Below, in pieces: positions 56,620 to 64,000 of a DNA stretch of 64,000 bases; the first letter of the stretch is position 1, and every line of letters starts with the position of its first letter. The translations under genes and the position numbers were made by a program. The stretch covers positions 106,144,001 through 106,208,000 of the forward strand of contig OZ286461.1 in the NCBI GenBank assembly GCA_965644265.1. Reading direction: 5' to 3'. Source of the stretch: Glycera tridactyla. Its lineage: Eukaryota. The notes under the pieces are model-generated. The model saw nothing but the letters and a program-made list of their open reading frames with translations, did not search any database and was not told the DNA's origin.

Positions 56620-57205
56620 CCGTACCGTACCATCCTATACCATAGCATACCATACCAAAGCATGCTATAGTGTACCATACCATGCCATGCCATAGGATAC
56701 CATGCAATGAGAGTGGCTACTTCGATACAGTCAATCCGGTTCTCAAATGAACAGCATTGCTGCTTGCCACAAGGAGGGTCCTTCCACTGACCTGCACCAT
56801 TACACAGATCTCTATGATCTTCATTCCCAGGCAGGGAGCCCGTATGTTAGAGGTAACCATTGTACACCTGCTACTGCACTTGACACAGGTTTGGATGGGT
56901 ACTCTTCGACAGGCAGTCGAGGTCATCATAGAAGGCCTAGCTCATGTAGGATAGTCTGTCTTTGTTATTGTGCACTTTCTTGGGAGATGAGAAGGGCTAA
57001 TGGTAGAACAGAACTTTGAAGGACCGAACTTATGAAGTCGAATAAACGTGTCAAGGATATCATAATGCAGAATATCATACCCTACCATATCCTACCATAT
57101 CACACAAAGCTGATCCAAACGAGTCATACCATTTAAGCTTGACCATACCATACCATACCATACCATACCATACCATACCATATCATACCATACCATACCA
57201 TACCA
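56620..57205. repeat. Two (ATACC)n pentanucleotide tracts (56620-56705 and 57075-57205)
   Basis: Directly visible; the second ends in a nearly pure run. Confidence 0.85.
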
Positions 57206-58363
57206 AAACCGCTCACCTGAGACAGCGATAGGGCACACAAGCGAGCGCAAAGACCAGAAGTGAAAGGGGTCCTACTATTGAAGCAGTGAAAGGGCTGAAG
57301 CAGAGGCTGGGTCTGCCTTCTCAAAACAATTGAGTAGAAAAAGTGCGCTGGTCAAACACAGACAGTAATGAGATGCGGGCGCCTCATAAACGATAGTGCT
57401 GGGATTGCAAGCTGTCATCATTATGAAGGGTTCCCTCCCCTGGAGCTGCCTAGATCACCCATTACCAGCGTTAATAGCAATGATAACTCTGCTCAGGTCA
57501 GAACAACGTTTGAAACCTTATACATCTTGTGTTTCTCATCGTTTCAGAACCTCTACGAACTCTGGAGATTTGTTGCAACACTAGAACACTAGATAGTCAT
57601 CTGAATTGCACAATTTTCACAGATGTCAGAACAGTAAGTCTCACGAAATAAGGAATAGATATCAAAAAAGAATCTTAGATCCAAACCCTGCGTAAGAAAT
57701 ACACCGAAACATGACACTCTCAACCCCTGCACAAACGCGCACGCACGCACCCCTCCCCCCCCCCCACACACACTCACACAGACAAACAGTCACATGCCAG
57801 CAGGACTCATCGAGAAAGCCACAGTCCCTCGGATGAATCAGATATCCAGTCCACCCCGCTATCCTTTATTTCACCAATATTGGTTGGATGTTTGATTTCA
57901 GTGATTGATCCCAGTCACACATGCATGTATCCGGAGACGCGAATATGAGCAGGAGAGAAAAACTGAGCAAGAAATTAACGATGTGATTGCATGATCGTAA
58001 GGAAGATGGACAACGATTGCAGTAGAGCAATTCCTGAGTAACAATTTCATAGAAAGATGGAATTTGACCTCAGCGGTATCCAAGAGACTCTCAGCATTAC
58101 TGTCTTCTGCAGATTGCTGGAAGTCACATATAAATGTAACAATTTCCGATTTAATGGGTAGTATTTTCTCCAAACGACCACTACGCACATGCAATGGACA
58201 TCGGTGGGGTCATTCGAGGCTCCTTCTGGCTTTCCGAATGGAGGTTGAAACTGTGCGACATTCGCATACATTTATAAGTTTAGGGATATTAGATTCCGAG
58301 CCGATTGAAGTTGAAGTGAATGTGTACACAAATGTCGTGTTGAGAGAAGGAGGATAGAGGGGA

Positions 58364-58416
58364 TGACGTCAGATAAGAGGCGAGTTGTTACGTCTCACTG
58401 GTTGATGATGACGTCA
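58364..58416. promoter_or_regulatory. Two perfect CRE palindromes (TGACGTCA) 45 bp apart
   Basis: TGACGTCA at 58364-58371 and 58409-58416. Confidence 0.3.
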
Positions 58417-58867
58417 CCGGAATGAACTGCAGATCCCATATGTCACGATATGTCAGGCTCCTATATTCACCAATCACACAGAATGCTAACCTAAGTCATC
58501 ATACAATAGCTCACAATCTGTCAAGGGCGTCTACATTGCCAGCATCGAACAGTGCATCCAGCCAGCCAGCAGCACCAGCACCAGCAACAGCAGCAGTAGG
58601 ATCAGCAGCAGCAGCAGCAGCAGCAGCACCACCACCACCACCTCTACCACCGCTGCCGCTGCCGCTACATTCTATTGCTGACAAAGAAATGATCACTGTT
58701 GCCGTATTAGCGTTCCGGTTGTGTTCCTGAACCACCAGAACGAGGGAGATTAATTTTTAACAACACCAATACTAACAACACTGATACAACTACCATCATA
58801 TCTAGTTTATCTGATCTATGCTGAAAGCTATTGGTAAATAACACGCTTTGACATAATGTATCAGAAG

Positions 58868-59155
58868 CAGTTCGGCTTCAGGAGGAGGCGCTCTGCTGAA
58901 CTCCTTGACACTGCCTATCAAGGAGCTGAGCAGAGTTGTCTCACGGGGGGCTCTCTTCCTGGACCTGGTAAATGCATTTGATATGGCTCCTTCTGAATAC
59001 GAGATTCTTATGAATAAACTAAGATTTTATGGGTTCGAGGATAGTTGTCTGTCTTGGGTAAGACTATGTCCCTGTAGGAGATACAGTCGAATGATACTCT
59101 ACCTTTGAAAACTTTGAATTTGGTGCTCCTCAGGAGCCCATTCTTGGACACCTCA
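58868..59155 (+). pseudogene. Short degenerate CR1/L2-type RT fragment
   Basis: QFGFRRRRS...LFLDLVNAFD...LMNKLRFYGFEDSCLSWV...GAPQEPILG across frameshifts. Confidence 0.75.
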
Positions 59156-61155
59156 GTGCAGTTACCAACAACACGACAACCACCGTCACTGACACTGCAT
59201 CCCCACCACGAACGCCACCACTACCACAACCACCTGCAACACAATCATCATAACCAACAGCACCACTAGCGCCACCGCCACCAACTCCAAGATTGCCACT
59301 ACCACGGACGTCAAAGTCGAGATAGCATGAGATATATCAGCTCTCTTGGTGCAGTGGCACGTCACTACATACGGATTCTGATGACAATAAGCATGGCTTT
59401 GGTATGGGCAGAGATTGAGGCCTCTTCAGGTTTGGTAAACACACCTCTTTCCCAGCAAACATAGTTGTGTATGGCCGATACCAGCTTCATACTGTACTGC
59501 ATCGGTCATAGCGGCACCATTACAAACGGTATAATGCCGATACATTCAGATCAGTCACAAGACGACATGACCTTATTGGGCTGGTGCCGATACCGATATC
59601 CAGCATTTGGCTGGTACCAACTTATCGTTTTGCCTGTATCGGCTCGATAACGTTTTGATACCGTCATGTTTGCTGGGTTATTCCCAGTATGAAAAGTGTC
59701 TCGTGAAGTAGGAATCGGAGGAAACGCAAGTAATGCAGTGAAAGCAACAAAATGCACAACATAATACCTGCATATTTCGAGGTTCAACTTTGGGGTAGGT
59801 AGCATTACTATATAACAGCAAATAAGAATTCAGCTATATACATTGCGTATCACTTCTACCACTCCTACTTCCGCAACGGACACACAAAAACGCAGCAACA
59901 ATAATTGCATTAACAAAAAGCAAACAACGACAACAACAACTAATACTGCTACTACTACTAGCACCAAAACTGCTATCAATACTACTACTACTACTCCTAC
60001 TACTACTGAAAATAATGATAGGNNNNNNNNNNNNNNNNNNNNNNNNNNNNNNNNNNNNNNNNNNNNNNNNNNNNNNNNNNNNNNNNNNNNNNNNNNNNNN
60101 NNNNNNNNNNNNNNNNNNNNNNNNNNNNNNNNNNNNNNNNNNNNNNNNNNNNNNNNNNNNNNNNNNNNNNNNNNNNNNNNNNNNNNNNNNNNNNNNNNNN
60201 NNNNNNNNNNNNNNNNNNNGGAAAGGAGGAGGAGGAGGGGGAGGAGGGGGGGGGGGTGCAGGAGGAGAAGGATGCGAAGGAGGACGAGAAGGAGCAGGCA
60301 GCAGGAGCAGTAGGAGGGGAGAGGGGGGGGGGGGCAGGAGCAAGAGGCAGAGGAATAGGAGCAGAAGCGAGATATATACCGTTTGTATCACGTAGCCTCA
60401 GCGGGAGTGAGCGAACGTTGCTGCAAGAGAACTCACTCACAGCATTTTAGTGATCGACATGTTTTCGAAATCGGCATTGAAATGATGGCAAAAATGATTG
60501 GCGAAACCGGCGTTATTACGTACGAGCTGTTCAAGGTTATTCATTACGTAATAATATACGCACACCATCGGTTCAAGGTCAACCGTGTACTCGCCATGAC
60601 GTAATCATGTGACGGACTGGGGTTCAATTACAACCTATTACCGACGAACACTCCAGTGTTTTTCATGGGACCATGGCCTCGAAATGTGGGAAACTGGTGA
60701 AAATTACTCTCAAACATACGTTCGCTAGTATGCGCGTATGCACGCACGCACCCAAACACACCCACTACACCCAAACACACACACACACCCACCCCCACCC
60801 CCACACACATAAATGAAAGTCATACACACTCAGATATCCGCCCATACTCGTACACACTTGTCAATAATGATAATGCTATTAACAAAATCAACATGAACAA
60901 CGACGATAGCAAAAAACTGCAATAATCACAACATGATCAACACAAGCACCAGAAACAGTAAAAACAAACTGCAATGAAGACACCCAGCGACCTCATTTTG
61001 GAGAATGTCGATGCGACCCGTTGCTGACAATTGATCGTTGGGCACGGAATTCACACAACTCATAGAGGTGACCCTCGACAGAAACTAATAGGCTCTCGCT
61101 TGTATAGAATCATAGGGGTCAAGATCAACGTCCGAATAGAGACTCCGGCATGATC

Positions 61156-61157
<2 letters not shown>

Positions 61158-61239
<82 letters not shown>
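61158..61239. repeat. (GA)n microsatellite
   Basis: Directly visible. Confidence 0.95.
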
Positions 61240-61241
<2 letters not shown>

Positions 61242-61547
61242 AATAAACAAGAAAATGGGAATCGAATGGTTAACATGCAGTCCAAATCACAAGGATGAAA
61301 GCCACAAGAACGGATATACCAGACGTACAGCAGGACCCCGGGACCAGGACCCACCCCGCGTGAAACTGGACCACTCACTGGGACTCTCTAGACTTTCTGA
61401 TGGGAGTGACTCCTTTCTAGGTCGAGACTGGACTCCTGACCCCATTATCATCTAACTAGGTCATGATAGGACCGGTCCGTCTTGCGCACACCACCTCTCG
61501 CTCGGCTTGCTGATCGTTCGCATCTCTATCCCCTCCGCCTCTCGAAA

Positions 61548-61568
61548 ATGGCAGATACCGTAGGAAAG
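61548..61568 (+). CDS. Candidate first coding exon of a host gene (MADTVGK)
   Basis: CpG-rich pyrimidine leader, AAAATGGC start context, followed at once by donor AAG|GTACGT; (GA)n tract ~300 bp upstream. No downstream exon was identified. Confidence 0.3.
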
Positions 61569-63624
61569 GTACGTATCCAATACTTGTTTTACTTCAACAG
61601 AAATCCCCATTGAATCGGCCGTGATCCACAACGGCAGAGATGTCTAGCATTTGACGGTCTCGCGTCTGCAGGTATGGAAACATACCAAAGTATCACAGAT
61701 TAGACCAAGGAACCACCCTATAGACTTCCAGATTTCATTTGAGTGGTAGTGGGACTATACAAAAATCTAGATTACCCCCTACGCCCACTCATTGGCTGAT
61801 ATTCCTCTACATGTAATTTGTTGACCAGGATGCCACGTAGAAAGAGTAGTAATTCCACTTGCCAAGCGTTTTAGCTATCCAGCAACTTATGTAAAGGATG
61901 TTGAGAGACATGCAACACACAGTTGATACATGTTGTTGGACCCATATAACACGACCCATATGAAGTTACCAGATGAGAAAACAGGGCACGTAGCTATCTC
62001 ATCGTATCAATGTGTGTACAGAATGATAACGTACGGGTTCTCCGATAACATCGGGTTGATGCTACAATCTCATGAATAAGCGATATTAGCAGCTCTCTGT
62101 CTGTCTGTGTGTCGGTCTGTGTGTCTGTCTGTCTGTCTGTCTGTGTGTCTGTCTGTCTGATTGCCACTCTAACACTCTTCTTTTCCTCCAGTCTTTCTCT
62201 GCCTATCTGTCTGTCTGTCTGTCTGTCCGTCCGTCCGTCCGTGAAAGTAGCACGATATCTCCCGGTCTGAATGTATCCAGTTGCTGTTTGTGTGCAACAA
62301 ATATTGGTGTGGAAGAGCGGTCTGTGCCGCACAATATTGATTCGGTCTAGCTAGCTTAAGGAGCCCAAAGTAAAACACTATACTTGTCGTCAACCTTTCT
62401 TTGCAGCGGCACCCTCTTACTTCAAAAGGAGAAAGTAGTGCCCTGATAATTGGTGTAATTGGTGGCACTGGTCGGATTACTGACACCCACCCTGGGATAA
62501 ACAGGTGGTTCCTGTCCCCCATCCGCCCCTGACTGTTTTACGAGTGGGTATTACCCCAACGACCATCACTTTATGGCCTTGATTTACCCTCATCCCCACA
62601 TCATCAAGGGACTGTGTAGAATTTAGAACTGTTCTCAAATGTAGAATAATACATATTTCTATAAAAAAACAAACAAATTAGTACCTATTGATCTCACTAT
62701 TTTCAGCGAAGGAAATATGACTCAAGGTGATTCATGATCATTTACGCATCATGAATGTAGTAGAGTTATGAAAGATCCATCTATAGTCTGTATATTGTAA
62801 GAAAAAATCATTCTCCACCGTATGACTCTTTGCACTAAAAGTATAGCTATGAGAATAATTGAATCAAAGAATAAAATCCAGTGAAAGTATAAAATAAAAT
62901 GTATAAAATGGCCGAATTTCCACCCTGGCTGTGACACCTCACTCACTGTAACCCTGCCTCAGATCACCCTAATCTAGGGACTACTTGACCGGCCTTATCA
63001 CTTGCAGTGGTGTAGGAATTTTGTTCCGGTCTCTCACAGCTGGTGATAACAAAGCATGAAATTATGTCCCTGTGAAGTGCCGCTGCAAAGAAAGGTTGAC
63101 GTTGAGTATAGTCATACATCTTGTCATGATACCGACCTACTGTGTAATCTGGGTTGTCTTCACACATACTTGACCTACTCCACTCAGAAAACTCACAGCT
63201 GTTCTATGATTTACCCGTCTAGACGAGAGTTCGAGAGTATTATCAAGCAGAGAGGCATGCTTGGTAAATGTATTACCTGATGGACAACGACATCACCCTG
63301 TCAAGGGAGCAAGGGTTAATTTGCCATAATACCAAGAATCAAAAATTGAGAACACTTATTGCATTGGTCATTCCCGTTTCGCAGCTCTGATTGATGGTAC
63401 GTCTGTGTTCATATTGTAGTTGTTTTTATGATATATTTCTTCATAAGTACGTGATGACACACCTGCTACGTATAGGTCGAAATGCAGGGACTGTCCTTCG
63501 GGGTCCTGACTCAATGTGTGACATTGAACTGATGGTAGCCATGATCAACCCATTACGAAGATGTAAAGAGTCTTATTAGTATATTTACAGTTTTGGGAAG
63601 GAGTAGACGTCCATTCGTTCTGTC

Positions 63625-63930
63625 GTACATCACCACCCCTGTCACCATCACCACCTTCACCACTGGCCACCACCACCACCACCACTGCCACCACCACCAC
63701 CACCACCACCAATAACACCACCACAACCACCACCACCACCACCACCCCACCATCACCACAACCACCACCCACCACCACCTTCATCACCCCCCCCCCCCAC
63801 CACCAATACCACCAACACCAACACCACCATCAACCTCCCATATGACTGCATCCACCACAATCACCACAAACACCACAACAACCCAACAACCAATCACGAT
63901 CACCATAACCGCCATCACCACCACCGATAT
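63625..63930. repeat. (ACC)n low-complexity tract
   Basis: Directly visible. Confidence 0.9.
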
Positions 63931-64000
63931 CGGCGGCGCCACCAGCACCAAATCCACAAGCGCCTTTGCCACCACCAGGATGTAAGAGAACGAATGAGCC

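Noticed and set aside
56717-56960. Possible Sushi or C-type-lectin remnant (CNGAGQWKDPPC) on the minus strand between (ATACC)n tracts
   Set aside because: Only a short motif resemblance, in a frame with stops; not supportable without a search.

Overview
Gapped (six N-runs), repeat-rich animal-type genomic window; probably an invertebrate, which is an inference from the TE content and microsatellites. The left ~13.8 kb holds a nearly intact, minus-strand, envelope-bearing Ty3/Gypsy retrovirus-like element. Its gag has two CCHC knuckles. Its pol (PR, dUTPase-like, RT, RNase H, acidic insert, IN with GPF motif, C-terminal chromodomain-like module) sits in the same frame as gag behind a single TAG. 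Its baculovirus-F/errantivirus-type env has three basic cleavage sites and one 1-nt frameshift. The element also appears to carry accessory features: an antisense ORF with an internal repeat lying in a hairpin-dense pol-env spacer, an antisense small membrane-protein unit downstream of env, extra ORFs and interleaved inverted repeats upstream of gag. No LTR pair or PBS could be found for it. The rest of the window has a full-length APE-type LINE (ORF1-TAG-ORF2 in frame) inside an (ACT)n tract, three truncated LINEs, a palindromic 72-bp minisatellite, probable non-autonomous DNA elements, unidentified decayed minus-strand coding-like tracts at 20-24 kb, many microsatellites and a possible first coding exon of a host gene at 61.5 kb. 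No rRNA, tRNA gene or CRISPR array is supported. Translations beyond the supplied ORF track were done by hand.
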